A stretch of DNA of 64,000 nt from a virus: the IMG/VR virus record IMGVR_UViG_3300030202_003496, positions 1-64,000 of that record. One strand, given 5' to 3'. The notes beneath the pieces are model-generated. The model did not search any database. It had not been told where the DNA came from and saw only the letters and a list, made by a program, of their open reading frames with translations. Below, piece by piece: positions 19,509 through 29,342 of the stretch. Numbering within the stretch: the first letter of the stretch is position 1; every line of letters begins with the position of its first letter. Made by a program: the position numbers and the translations under genes.

Positions 19509-21539
19509 ATGGGAATATCATTAAAAAAAGAAGGAAATAACCTTTGTCTTACTGTATCATTCTATATAGATGTTGGAGTATGGTCTGGAACAATTGCACT
19601 TTCTAAAAGATGTATAGATTTAAGCTGGCTATTCAAAGCAGTCGATTGGGTAAAAGAACAATACAATAAAGTTAAAAATTGGGTAGACGAACAAATAGCA
19701 AAGCTTATGGCATTTTTAGGCTTTCCAACATTAAACTTTTTTGTAACATGGGACTGGTTCGAAACAATATGTGTTACAGATGGACTTTCTACTGTAGGTA
19801 AAGATTATGAGGCAGGTGCACTAGAAGCCTCAGGTCTTCAAGCAGATGACAGGTTTAGTAAAAATGTATGGAGATTAGACAGTACAGGTGTCACACTAGG
19901 ATATCCTGATGGTGATTTATTTGCGTCAACAAATCCTTGGGTGTGTATGTTACCTGGGATGTCACATTGGGATGTAGCAGTATCTTTAGGTGAACTGGAA
20001 GATGCAGAAGATGCAGGTATCAAAGCTACATCAGGATTCGATTCGCTACCAAAATGGAATGGTGATATAAAACAAATATTGTTAAATACAGGATATATAT
20101 GGGAAGTATATCTTCAATCAGAAACAATCAACGATTTTGTAATGAAAGTTGCAGAAGGAGTCAATGATGCATGTGGTGGATTCTGGGACTTAAAACTTGT
20201 TGAGGACCCGTTAGACCCATCAAGGTTAATGGTTGTAGATATGAAAGCTGTTAACTCTCAAAAACAAATACCTGTTTTAGATTTAGGTACAGTATCAGGA
20301 GACTATGCCGCTGGCTTTGACGATGGAATGCACGGCAGGTCAGTTGCAAGAGAGTGGGGTATGACATCTGATATTGATGATTCTATAAAACACTCTATAA
20401 TGATGGGTTCTAATGCAGGTTCTGACACTTCGCAAAACACAAGCGAGCCAACAAAGGTATGGTCAATATATGGTCAGAAAGTTACAGATAGAATGTATAA
20501 AGGATTAAGTTGCAATCCTGATTGTGCAGAAGAATCAAAGCGGGATAAAAATACAGACTGCTCAAATTCAGAAGGTGAAAAATCAGATTCAACAATAGAA
20601 GAAGATTTAGGTAAAGCTATGGAAGAGTTAGCTGATGATATTACAGATGAATCTATAGATACAGCAACAGCTGCAATGAAGACATATTATTCAGGTAAAA
20701 ACGAACAGTCAACTGCAGTATCAAATAAAGATGTTGTAATACCTATAGGTTTTGATGCTACATTTGACGGAATAGGGATGCTTTATTGGGGAGAGTCATT
20801 TGCAGTAAAGCAGATTGTCGATAATTCTTTACTACCTAAAGGGCATAGATTTATGATAACTGATATTGGCCACGAGATAAATAGAACTGATTGGACAACT
20901 AAAATTCAAACACGAATGGTTCTACCTCAAGAAGGAGCTTCACCAAGATATACAGGTGGTGGCTCTTCTGGTGGAGGTGGAAATACTCAAAGTTCATCAG
21001 CTACAGGTGGTAAAACAAAAACAACTAAAAACCCTGCAATTAGACAGCCTGTTGCAAATGAATTGAGAAAATGTATGGATGATTTAGGACCTAACATTTA
21101 TGAAAAAGGAGTGGAGATAGATAACGGTGGAGATATTACAGAATGCTTAAGAGACTATGCTTGTTCATTCTTTACATATATTTCAAAAAACTATCCTAAC
21201 CTTAAAATAAAAGTAACAGGAGCAAACGATGCTTTTCACCACACTCTAAATTATAAAAGTTCACATACTTCAGGTGATGGTTTAGATTTTATTGTAACGC
21301 CATATAGTAATGCAAATCTTGATATTGTTGTAAAAGCATTAGGAGGTTTTCATAAAGGAGCTCCAAGTAAATATCACTGGATAGATGAATATAGAAAGCC
21401 AACTGCTAAAGCGTCTGGTAAACACATGCATATGAGATGTGGAGTGGATACAAAAATGGAGAAGAAGTTAGGACACGGTAAAAAAGCAATAGCAGACGCA
21501 TCTGTACCTAAATTAACAGTAACACCTTATGTTGCATAG
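19509..21539 (+). CDS. Baseplate hub/tail-associated protein with C-terminal Zn-peptidase (M15-like) domain
   Basis: ATG 19509; FDGIG....G..F and H.I....WTT.I hub-like motifs; SH..G...D plus H.H in the C-terminal domain. Confidence 0.6.
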   Translation: MGISLKKEGNNLCLTVSFYIDVGVWSGTIALSKRCIDLSWLFKAVDWVKEQYNKVKNWVDEQIAKLMAFLGFPTLNFFVTWDWFETICVTDGLSTVGKDYEAGALEASGLQADDRFSKNVWRLDSTGVTLGYPDGDLFASTNPWVCMLPGMSHWDVAVSLGELEDAEDAGIKATSGFDSLPKWNGDIKQILLNTGYIWEVYLQSETINDFVMKVAEGVNDACGGFWDLKLVEDPLDPSRLMVVDMKAVNSQKQIPVLDLGTVSGDYAAGFDDGMHGRSVAREWGMTSDIDDSIKHSIMMGSNAGSDTSQNTSEPTKVWSIYGQKVTDRMYKGLSCNPDCAEESKRDKNTDCSNSEGEKSDSTIEEDLGKAMEELADDITDESIDTATAAMKTYYSGKNEQSTAVSNKDVVIPIGFDATFDGIGMLYWGESFAVKQIVDNSLLPKGHRFMITDIGHEINRTDWTTKIQTRMVLPQEGASPRYTGGGSSGGGGNTQSSSATGGKTKTTKNPAIRQPVANELRKCMDDLGPNIYEKGVEIDNGGDITECLRDYACSFFTYISKNYPNLKIKVTGANDAFHHTLNYKSSHTSGDGLDFIVTPYSNANLDIVVKALGGFHKGAPSKYHWIDEYRKPTAKASGKHMHMRCGVDTKMEKKLGHGKKAIADASVPKLTVTPYVA

Positions 21540-21548
21540 GAGAATTAA

Positions 21549-22259
21549 ATGTTAGTATTTAAGGAAAAACATATAACATATGATTGGACAAACGATAATT
21601 CATTAGTATTTGTCAAAGGTGATATGAAAGGGCAGATATATAATGGCCCGATAATGTTATATTTCAATAAGATATTTGCCGGCTCAAAAATGACAAAAGA
21701 AGTTGCAAAATGGAATGCTTTACAGCCTGCTGATGCGGGTGGAGATGCCGAGTATGATTTACTAAAACCTAAGTACGCCGACAAATTTAATTTTCCAGTA
21801 GACAATCCCACAGACCCTACACGAAAAGAAATAAAAGAAGGTAAATATAAAAAATACTTTGTAGAATATTGCGGAGATATATGCGAGGTTAATAAATGGG
21901 ACTATAAATATTTTAAGAAAAATTCTACTCCATATCACAAAGCAATAAAAAAGGTAGAGCTAGAATTAGGATTGAGTGTTTATGATATAGATAAAAATCT
22001 TGCAGCAATTGCAGAAGGTCGTAAAATAATAAAAGACTTAGATACGAGAATATCACCAACAGCTTATATGCAAGCAATTGAAAACTTAAATACAAAAGGC
22101 GGAGAGTTAGAATATGACGATGGAGCAGAGTATGTAGGTGATTATCATATACACCCTGAAAAAGGCCCTATGGTTGGAGCATATCATACAGACGTATATC
22201 ACCATAGATTATATTGGACTCGAAAAACAAGATATGTGCCTAAAGATTTAGTACCATAA
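21549..22259 (+). CDS. Hypothetical protein
   Basis: SD aggag; C-terminal YVGDYHIHPEKGPMVGAYH module. Confidence 0.6.
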   Translation: MLVFKEKHITYDWTNDNSLVFVKGDMKGQIYNGPIMLYFNKIFAGSKMTKEVAKWNALQPADAGGDAEYDLLKPKYADKFNFPVDNPTDPTRKEIKEGKYKKYFVEYCGDICEVNKWDYKYFKKNSTPYHKAIKKVELELGLSVYDIDKNLAAIAEGRKIIKDLDTRISPTAYMQAIENLNTKGGELEYDDGAEYVGDYHIHPEKGPMVGAYHTDVYHHRLYWTRKTRYVPKDLVP

Positions 22260-22296
22260 ATTTTATTATATCACAATTTTTTGTTATATTATATAC

Positions 22297-23304
22297 ATGT
22301 TAAATGAAACCAAAGAGCTTCTTAAAACAAAGCACTATTTATATCACAATAAACAAATAGAAGAAAGTACAATTGAACTTCCTATAAACAAGTTCTATAA
22401 AAGGTTGTATGGCGATAGATATAACATCTATGATATTATACCTCAATGCAAACAAGAAGAAGAAATAGAGTATCTACGCTCTCTCTCGCATGCTTTAGAG
22501 GGAGTGCCTGATAAGGATATTTTAGACTACAATGAAAATATAGTGGCCACCTTTAGAAAAATTGAAGAAAATGGTTTGTATACAAATGATGGTATGGAAT
22601 ATACTAAATATAATGTATATACAACTACAGGAAGACCTGCCAATTCAAATAATGGTATAAATTATGCAGCACTAAATAAGGAAGACGGCACACGTAAAAA
22701 ATATATAAGTAGATTTTCAGGTGGTTATTTGGCAGAATTTGACTATGACGCATATCATTTAAGACTAATAGCTTCATTGATAGGTATGGAACAGCCAGAA
22801 GGTAGTTTTCATAAATACTTAGGTAAGCTATATTTTGATTCTGAAACTCTTACAAAAGAACAATATAATGAATCTAAAAAAATAAGCTTTCAAATACTTT
22901 ATGGCGGTATACCAAAAGAGTTTTTGAGAATAGAATATTTTAATAAAATTTCATCATACATTTCTGAGCTATGGGATATTTATAATAGAAAAGGTTATAT
23001 AAAAACACCAATATTAAATAGAAGGTTATATAAAAGGAATCTAAATAATATGAATCCTCAGAAATTATTTAATTATTTAATACAAGCTTATGAAACAGAG
23101 ATGAACTGTAAAGCAATTAAAAATATTTTTGAGTTATTAGAAAACTATTCTAGTAAAATGATACTATATGTATACGATGCTTTTATATTTGATATAGCTC
23201 CAGAAGAAAAAGAGTTATTAAATAAAATTAAAGATTTAATGTCATTCCCTTCTAATCTTAAAGTTGGTAGAGATTATCATACTATGAGGTCTTTGGACCT
23301 TTAA
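22297..23304 (+). CDS. Compact family A DNA polymerase-like protein (polymerase domain only)
   Basis: TTTGR; motif A EFDYDAYHLRL; motif B K...FQILYG; motif C variant VYDAF. Confidence 0.8.
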   Translation: MLNETKELLKTKHYLYHNKQIEESTIELPINKFYKRLYGDRYNIYDIIPQCKQEEEIEYLRSLSHALEGVPDKDILDYNENIVATFRKIEENGLYTNDGMEYTKYNVYTTTGRPANSNNGINYAALNKEDGTRKKYISRFSGGYLAEFDYDAYHLRLIASLIGMEQPEGSFHKYLGKLYFDSETLTKEQYNESKKISFQILYGGIPKEFLRIEYFNKISSYISELWDIYNRKGYIKTPILNRRLYKRNLNNMNPQKLFNYLIQAYETEMNCKAIKNIFELLENYSSKMILYVYDAFIFDIAPEEKELLNKIKDLMSFPSNLKVGRDYHTMRSLDL

Positions 23305-23336
23305 TTTGATATTTATATAGATATAAAGGGAGTATT

Positions 23337-24530
23337 ATGAATTTTAATCATTTAGTTAGAGAATGGGCATATAGGGTAAATGATGGTATGCCTGACCCTA
23401 AAAAACGAAGTCATCTTGAATTATTAGAAGATGTCTTAAGACACTATAAATATAGCGAAAACTTTATATCTTCATACATTGATAGCTTAGAAAATATAAC
23501 AGAAGCTAATCTTGCTGGTCGTACAACAAACTATAAACAACCAACAGGTGCATTTTACAAATATGTAGAAATGAATCCTAAAAATGACCAGCCATTTAAG
23601 GCAGATAAAAATGCTGTGTTACTAGATGTCAATACTCAAGCAAAATCAATTGAAATCAAAAAAGGTGAAACATTTGATATGGTCACTAAAAAAGAAAAAG
23701 AATTGATTAAAATTGGTAGGTCTTATTATTGTAAAATTAGATATAAGAAAAAGCCATATCTGATTGCAACAAGTGCTATACTTAAACCTACAGGAAAACA
23801 AGTTGATTTTATAAAAGCTGATTTAACACAGAAAGTAAGAGGTGGCGTATTTAGAGATTTTAAGCCAGGTATCATACATGAAAAACAAATTGTAATGTTA
23901 TTTGTTAACGGCTCAGGTGGAAATTGGGAATTTCAGCACAATGGAAAAGAATATCATATTGAAGAATTAGGTGACCCTGAGTGGAAAGGTAGAGGTATGC
24001 CTAAAACAGATGTATACGTAAGATTAAGACAGGCTGTACCTAAGTTTGGAAAAGAATTAAAAATAAGTCTAAAACAAGATAATGCAGTATTTATTGATAG
24101 CTGGATGTTACCACAAAGATTTGAAGCTTTAGCAGGTAAGTCTGGTGCAAAAAAGATAATTTTAGATATGCTTAAGAAAGTTCAATCAGGAGAGGTTGGA
24201 GTAAGAAGTCCATTTATGTATTGGTTTGTTAAAGACAGAGCATATAATGGTCCTGAACTTTCAGCTGAGGCAAAATATGAAGCAGGTTCTGGTGAAAAGA
24301 AATTTGGAAAATCTTCACCAGCTGCATCAAACTGTTTTTTCAAAGGAGGTGTACCAAAGGATATTACAACTTTAATTAAAAATCTACAACCAATATCACA
24401 AGCTATAAAAAAAGCAGGCTATGCTACAAGAGGATATGGCTCTGATGGTAATGGAGCTTGTTATTTTAAGAACGAAAAAGGCGAGTGGAATGTAACACCA
24501 AAATGGAAAGCGTATTTCGGGATTAAATAA
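23337..24530 (+). CDS. Hypothetical protein, possibly PD-(D/E)XK fold
   Basis: N-terminal EWAYRV.DG.PD module; PKTDV...ISLK resembles a restriction-nuclease-like motif. Confidence 0.5.
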   Translation: MNFNHLVREWAYRVNDGMPDPKKRSHLELLEDVLRHYKYSENFISSYIDSLENITEANLAGRTTNYKQPTGAFYKYVEMNPKNDQPFKADKNAVLLDVNTQAKSIEIKKGETFDMVTKKEKELIKIGRSYYCKIRYKKKPYLIATSAILKPTGKQVDFIKADLTQKVRGGVFRDFKPGIIHEKQIVMLFVNGSGGNWEFQHNGKEYHIEELGDPEWKGRGMPKTDVYVRLRQAVPKFGKELKISLKQDNAVFIDSWMLPQRFEALAGKSGAKKIILDMLKKVQSGEVGVRSPFMYWFVKDRAYNGPELSAEAKYEAGSGEKKFGKSSPAASNCFFKGGVPKDITTLIKNLQPISQAIKKAGYATRGYGSDGNGACYFKNEKGEWNVTPKWKAYFGIK

Positions 24531-24931
24531 TGAAAACTCAATTATTATGTACATTTACAAAGACAAAGTTATTAACTAAGACAGTAGATAGAATCATACA
24601 GGCTTATGATATATTATACAATAAAATATTTGTATTGAATAATGAAGAAAACAGTAATGAATTGATGTGTACATATAATATTGACGCTTCAATAAAAACA
24701 GAAATACTTCCAGATACAATATCACTACATAGAAAAAAGCAGACAAATACTTTGTATACTATAAATGCACTTAATGAATGTATTAAAATAGTTAATAATG
24801 GTGTATTAGATACATCGTACCAATTAGATTGGGAAAACTATAGAAATAGTATATTGGTTACAAATGACGAAGGTTTACGAAGAATCGACACATCTATAAA
24901 AGAAGTCGTACATATAAAAATTAAAAAATAA
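24530..24931 (+). CDS. Phage hypothetical protein
   Basis: QLLCTF, TISLHRKKQTNTLYTINALN; translationally coupled to the upstream gene. Confidence 0.7.
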   Translation: MKTQLLCTFTKTKLLTKTVDRIIQAYDILYNKIFVLNNEENSNELMCTYNIDASIKTEILPDTISLHRKKQTNTLYTINALNECIKIVNNGVLDTSYQLDWENYRNSILVTNDEGLRRIDTSIKEVVHIKIKK

Positions 24932-25016
24932 TTGCTGAAAAATTTTTATATCTCGGAAATTTTGCGTATATTTATATATAAATAAAAATTACTTAATAAC
25001 AAAAGCGCAATAACGA

Positions 25017-25361
25017 ATGAAACAATTGACACTAGCGATAGTATTATTTTTCGCAGGCCAGACACTAATATGGCTACAGACCAATGGACAATTTCTTTGG
25101 AAATGGTTTGACAGAAATCCACTAATTTTATCTATATCATTTGGGACGATAATTTCGTATATGTTTATATATGCGACAAAACATGTTGTAGGTCACTTTG
25201 ATGGATTGTTGTGGCCAGGAAGATTTATAGGATTTGGTACAGGTATGATATCATTTGTATTATTAACTTGGTTTTTTATGGGTGAAGGCATAACTACAAA
25301 AACTGCAATATCACTTGTATTAGCAACAACTTTGGTATGTATACAAATTTTTTGGAAATAA
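25017..25361 (+). CDS. Small multi-pass membrane protein
   Basis: About 4 hydrophobic segments; SMR/DMT-like size. Confidence 0.65.
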   Translation: MKQLTLAIVLFFAGQTLIWLQTNGQFLWKWFDRNPLILSISFGTIISYMFIYATKHVVGHFDGLLWPGRFIGFGTGMISFVLLTWFFMGEGITTKTAISLVLATTLVCIQIFWK

Positions 25362-25398
25362 TTTCTCTATGTCAAATAAATTTATTATATTATAGAAT

Positions 25399-26412
25399 AT
25401 GGCAAAACAATTAGGATACGCATGTATTAACATGCAATTACGTAAACAAGGTATTTATACAGGTCGCTCAATGATTAGACGTACATTCGATACTAAAGGT
25501 CTAGGCTATGTATCAGAATTGTGTATCGAAAATACCAAAGACTTAATAAAAATCATACAGTGGAATGAGGACAACAACATCAAGGTTTTCCGTATGTCAT
25601 CGGACATATACCCTTGGATGTCGGAATACGAATTCAAAGATTTACCAGGTTATCATACAATCTGTAAACTCCTCAAACAGGCAGGTGACCTTGCTCAAGG
25701 CTATGGCCACCGCTTGTCATTCCACCCAGGTCAGTTTACTGTACTGGCTTCACCTACACAAAAAACAGTGGAAGGTGCTTGGAACGAACTTGACAAATCT
25801 GCACAAATCATGGACCTTATGGGTTTACCACGCACACGTATGGCAAAAATCAATATTCATGTTGGCGGTGCGTATGGAAACAAGGAAACTGCTCTTATCA
25901 GGTTCTGCAAAAATTTCGATAAATTATCAGAATCAGCAAAGTCTAGGCTAACAGTGGAAAACGACGACAAGGCATCAATGTACTCTGTATTGGATTTATA
26001 TAACGGTGTATACCAAAACACAGGTATACCTATTGTATTCGACTACCACCACCACAAATTTTGTACCGGCGGTCTTACTGAGGAAGAAGCACTAAAGCTT
26101 GCTGCTTCAACATGGAATGTAAAACCTTGCACTCATTATTCCGAATCACGTAGGCGCGAGCAATCATTGATTGTAGAAACATTCCTTAAAAACAGCAACA
26201 TAACATTAAACGAAATTAGCAATTTTCCTACTATGGAAAAAATGTATAAGGAATGCCAAAAAATTAAAGTACAGGCACACTCGGATTTAATTGTAGACGA
26301 AATCAACGACTATGGTTTGGATATCGATGTTGTTGTCGAGGCCAAGCACAAGGAATTGGCAATTGAAGGTTATAGAAAAAAATATGAAAAAAAATTAGCA
26401 AAAGTTTTTTAG
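25399..26412 (+). CDS. uvsE: UV damage endonuclease
   Basis: LGYACIN, FRMSS, HPGQF..L.SP, ENDD, FDYHHH, AHSD, EAK.KE. Confidence 0.93.
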   Translation: MAKQLGYACINMQLRKQGIYTGRSMIRRTFDTKGLGYVSELCIENTKDLIKIIQWNEDNNIKVFRMSSDIYPWMSEYEFKDLPGYHTICKLLKQAGDLAQGYGHRLSFHPGQFTVLASPTQKTVEGAWNELDKSAQIMDLMGLPRTRMAKINIHVGGAYGNKETALIRFCKNFDKLSESAKSRLTVENDDKASMYSVLDLYNGVYQNTGIPIVFDYHHHKFCTGGLTEEEALKLAASTWNVKPCTHYSESRRREQSLIVETFLKNSNITLNEISNFPTMEKMYKECQKIKVQAHSDLIVDEINDYGLDIDVVVEAKHKELAIEGYRKKYEKKLAKVF

Positions 26413-26464
26413 ATTAAGAAAGTTTTGTTATATTATAGTAATAATTAAAAAACAGGAGAAAACG

Positions 26465-26641
26465 ATGGCAGTATCAATTCAGGAATTGCAATCAATTTTG
26501 GAAAATATACAGACTGATGTAGACAAATTCAACAATGGAAATATGTCAGCTGGTACCAGAATTAGAAAAGCAATGCAAGAAATTAAAGGTAAAGCGCAAG
26601 ACCTAAGAAAAGATGTGCAAGAAATTAAAAATAATAAATAA
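26465..26641 (+). CDS. Histone H1-like (Hc1-type) small protein, 58 aa, missing from ORF track
   Basis: DVDKFNNGNMSAGTRIRKAMQEIK..AQ.LR; SD aggag. Confidence 0.8.
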   Translation: MAVSIQELQSILENIQTDVDKFNNGNMSAGTRIRKAMQEIKGKAQDLRKDVQEIKNNK

Positions 26642-26659
26642 TAATTAAAGGAGAAAACG

Positions 26660-27415
26660 ATGGCAATAGATTTAGATGCAATCAGACGTAAGTTGAATAA
26701 CTTACAAACACAAACAGGTAGACAAGATACTTTATGGAAGCCTGAACCAGGTAAGCAACAAATTAGAATTGTTCCTTATCAATTTAATAAAGACAATCCA
26801 TTTCAGGAATTGTACTTTCACTATGACTTAGGAAAGAAAAATTATCTTTCACCTATCACTTATGGTGAGGCAGACCCTGTAGAGGAATTTGCTCAAAAAC
26901 TTAGAGCTACTGGAAAATCTGATGATTTTCAATTAGCTAAAAAACTTACACCTAAGATGAGAGTTTATGTACCTGTATTAGTTAGAGGTAAAGAATCTGA
27001 AGGTGTAAAACTATGGGGATTTGGTAAGCAGGTTTATACAGAATTATTAGGATTCATTGCTGACCCTGACTATGGTGATATTACAGATGTAAAATCAGGT
27101 AGAGATGTTTCTGTAGAATTTACTCCAGCTGAAGGAGCAGGACAGTTTCCTAAAACTTCAATTAGAGTAAAGCCTAACCAAACAGCAGCTACAGAAGATT
27201 CTAATGTTGCAGAAAAAATCATCAATGGTCAAAAAGATATTTTTGAAATTTTCAGAAAAAATTCTTATGATGACTTAAAAGCTGTATTAGCAGAATGGTT
27301 AGACCCTGAAAGCTCTTCTGAAGAAGAAGCAAAGCCAGTTGCAACAGCAGCAGCAACAGGTGTAAAATCAACTGAAAATATCGAATCTGCATTTGATGAT
27401 TTATTTAACGAGTAA
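26660..27415 (+). CDS. ssDNA-binding protein (gp32-like)
   Basis: WKP..GK..IRIVP, WGFGK.VY, DITD...GRD, acidic tail ending FDDLFNE. Confidence 0.8.
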   Translation: MAIDLDAIRRKLNNLQTQTGRQDTLWKPEPGKQQIRIVPYQFNKDNPFQELYFHYDLGKKNYLSPITYGEADPVEEFAQKLRATGKSDDFQLAKKLTPKMRVYVPVLVRGKESEGVKLWGFGKQVYTELLGFIADPDYGDITDVKSGRDVSVEFTPAEGAGQFPKTSIRVKPNQTAATEDSNVAEKIINGQKDIFEIFRKNSYDDLKAVLAEWLDPESSSEEEAKPVATAAATGVKSTENIESAFDDLFNE

Positions 27416-27426
27416 GGAGAAAATTT

Positions 27427-28557
27427 ATGGCAAAGGCAAAGAAAACAAATAGAGATGAATTAGCCAGTGTATTAGCTGACTCATTAAACAAGCAGTTTAA
27501 GGGAATGAAAGTAGCATACTTTCTTGATGGTGCAGAAGATACACCAACAGACCTAACTGAATGGATAAGTACAGGTTCATCTATTCTTGACCTTGCTATT
27601 TCTAATAGGCCAAATGGTGGTTTACCTGTAGGTCGAATTACAGAAATTACTGGAATGGAGGCTTCTGGTAAATCACTATTAGCTGCTCACTTACTTGCCA
27701 ATACTCAGAAAAAAGGAGGGTTGGCTGTATACATTGATACAGAAAATGCTATGAATGAAGAGTTTTTAAGAGCTATCGGTATTGATATTTCTAAATTACT
27801 TTACATCCAACTTGAAACTGTAGAAGATATTTTTGAGGTAATCGAAAATATTATTCTTAAAATTAAAGAAAGTGATAAAGATAGACTTGTATCAATTGCA
27901 GTGGATTCTGTTGCGGCAGCAACCACAAAAGTTGAACAGGCTCAGGATTATGACAAAGAAGGTTGGGCAACATCAAAAGCAATTGTACTGTCAAAAGGTA
28001 TGAGAAAAATTACTCAGCTAATTGGTAGAGAGCGAGTGGCTTTAATCTTTACAAATCAATTAAGACAGAAGCTTGGAGTTATGTTTGGTGACCCTTGGAC
28101 AACAAGTGGTGGAAAAGCAATACAGTTTCACGCATCATGTAGATTAAGATTAAAAGCAGCTGGTCAAATTAAAGCGAAAATTGCAGGTAAAGAACAAACA
28201 ATAGGTATTAAAACAAAAGCAGTAGTAGTAAAAAATAGAATGGGTCCACCATTACGTACAGCTGAATTTAACATTTATTTCGAGTCAGGAATTGATGATA
28301 CAGGAAGTTGGTTACAAGTAATGAAGGATTATAATTTGTTGAAACAAGGCGGCTCTTGGTATACTTATAGTTGTGATGTTACAGGTGAAGACATTAAGTT
28401 TTTATCTAAGGATTTTGAAACTAAGGTGCTTTCAAATCCTGAAAGAAAAGAAAGTATATATAACAAAATTTGTGAAACAATGGTTATGTCATATAAAACT
28501 GATGATATTGGAATTGATGATATCGAAATTGGAGAAGATGACGTACCAGTAGGATAA
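27427..28557 (+). CDS. recA: RecA/UvsX recombinase
   Basis: GRITEITG.EASGKS, YIDTE, DSVAA, NQLR, GG.A..F.AS.R, KNR. Confidence 0.93.
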   Translation: MAKAKKTNRDELASVLADSLNKQFKGMKVAYFLDGAEDTPTDLTEWISTGSSILDLAISNRPNGGLPVGRITEITGMEASGKSLLAAHLLANTQKKGGLAVYIDTENAMNEEFLRAIGIDISKLLYIQLETVEDIFEVIENIILKIKESDKDRLVSIAVDSVAAATTKVEQAQDYDKEGWATSKAIVLSKGMRKITQLIGRERVALIFTNQLRQKLGVMFGDPWTTSGGKAIQFHASCRLRLKAAGQIKAKIAGKEQTIGIKTKAVVVKNRMGPPLRTAEFNIYFESGIDDTGSWLQVMKDYNLLKQGGSWYTYSCDVTGEDIKFLSKDFETKVLSNPERKESIYNKICETMVMSYKTDDIGIDDIEIGEDDVPVG

Positions 28558-28774
28558 TAATAATCAAACGCGTGGTGGAATGAACAGCGGCAGGACATAT
28601 AAAATCCTAAAGTTGTTCTCGGAAGACACCTTCCTAAGGGAAGTAAAATGAGGCAGTAGCGCTGACCCAATGTTCTTAAAGAGTACAAGGACATATAAGG
28701 CTTTTTTTAAGTTTTTAGCCTCACAATTGGTACTTGAAAAACTGTTGGTTCGAATCCAACCGCTGATTATTATT
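28556..28774 (+). ncRNA. tRNA-like structured RNA of ~200 nt
   Basis: Perfect T-arm gttgg-TTCGAAT-ccaac, D-arm-like TGGTGGAATG at the 5' end, 11-bp closing helix and several internal helices. Confidence 0.55.
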
Positions 28775-28796
28775 TTTTATTAAAAAGGAGAATAAA

Positions 28797-28991
28797 ATGA
28801 ACGATTTAATTATTAAAGCAATTATTGCAAAAGCAAACGCACAAGAGGCTGAAGCAAAAGCGAACTTGGCAAATTATATGTCAAATTCTGTAGGTGTTGG
28901 AGAACACCCAGGTGTTGTTGAAGAGTGTGAAAAATTAGTAAAACAAATCGCTGAAGCAAGAGAATTAAGAGAAACAGCAGAATCACTATAA
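28797..28991 (+). CDS. Small hypothetical protein
   Basis: SD aaggag; N.VGVGEHP motif. Confidence 0.75.
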   Translation: MNDLIIKAIIAKANAQEAEAKANLANYMSNSVGVGEHPGVVEECEKLVKQIAEARELRETAESL

Positions 28992-29003
28992 GGAGAAAAG
29001 GTT

Positions 29004-29201
29004 ATGGATATGTATTATTTAGCAAGAGTAAAAGTTGCAACAGATAATGGTAAAAAAGTTACGTGGAAAAAAGAAGCGTATCTTGTAAGTGCAGTATCAG
29101 TTACTGATGCAGAAGTAAAAGTTAATGAAGAGTTTGCAAATGACTCAATTGATTTTGAAGTTGTAGAAGTTAAAAAATCTGATGTGATTAAGGTGTTGTA
29201 A
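29004..29201 (+). CDS. DUF4494-like small protein
   Basis: E.YLV.A.S.TDAE motif recalled from Bacteroidota DUF4494. Confidence 0.6.
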   Translation: MDMYYLARVKVATDNGKKVTWKKEAYLVSAVSVTDAEVKVNEEFANDSIDFEVVEVKKSDVIKVL

Positions 29202-29342
29202 TATACACCTTTGTTCTGTGATAAAAGGCCACCTTCCCGTGGTACAGAATGTTAAGAGCTAAAAATCCTCACTACTATTAACGATTTATTTAGCCAACCA
29301 AGAGCCTTTTTTTTATTACTAACGTGATATTTATATATGATT

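Noticed and set aside
28570-28765. Ordinary tRNA gene
   Set aside because: About 160 nt lie between the D-like and T arms, with no clean 7-bp acceptor stem or CCA; kept only as a tRNA-like ncRNA.
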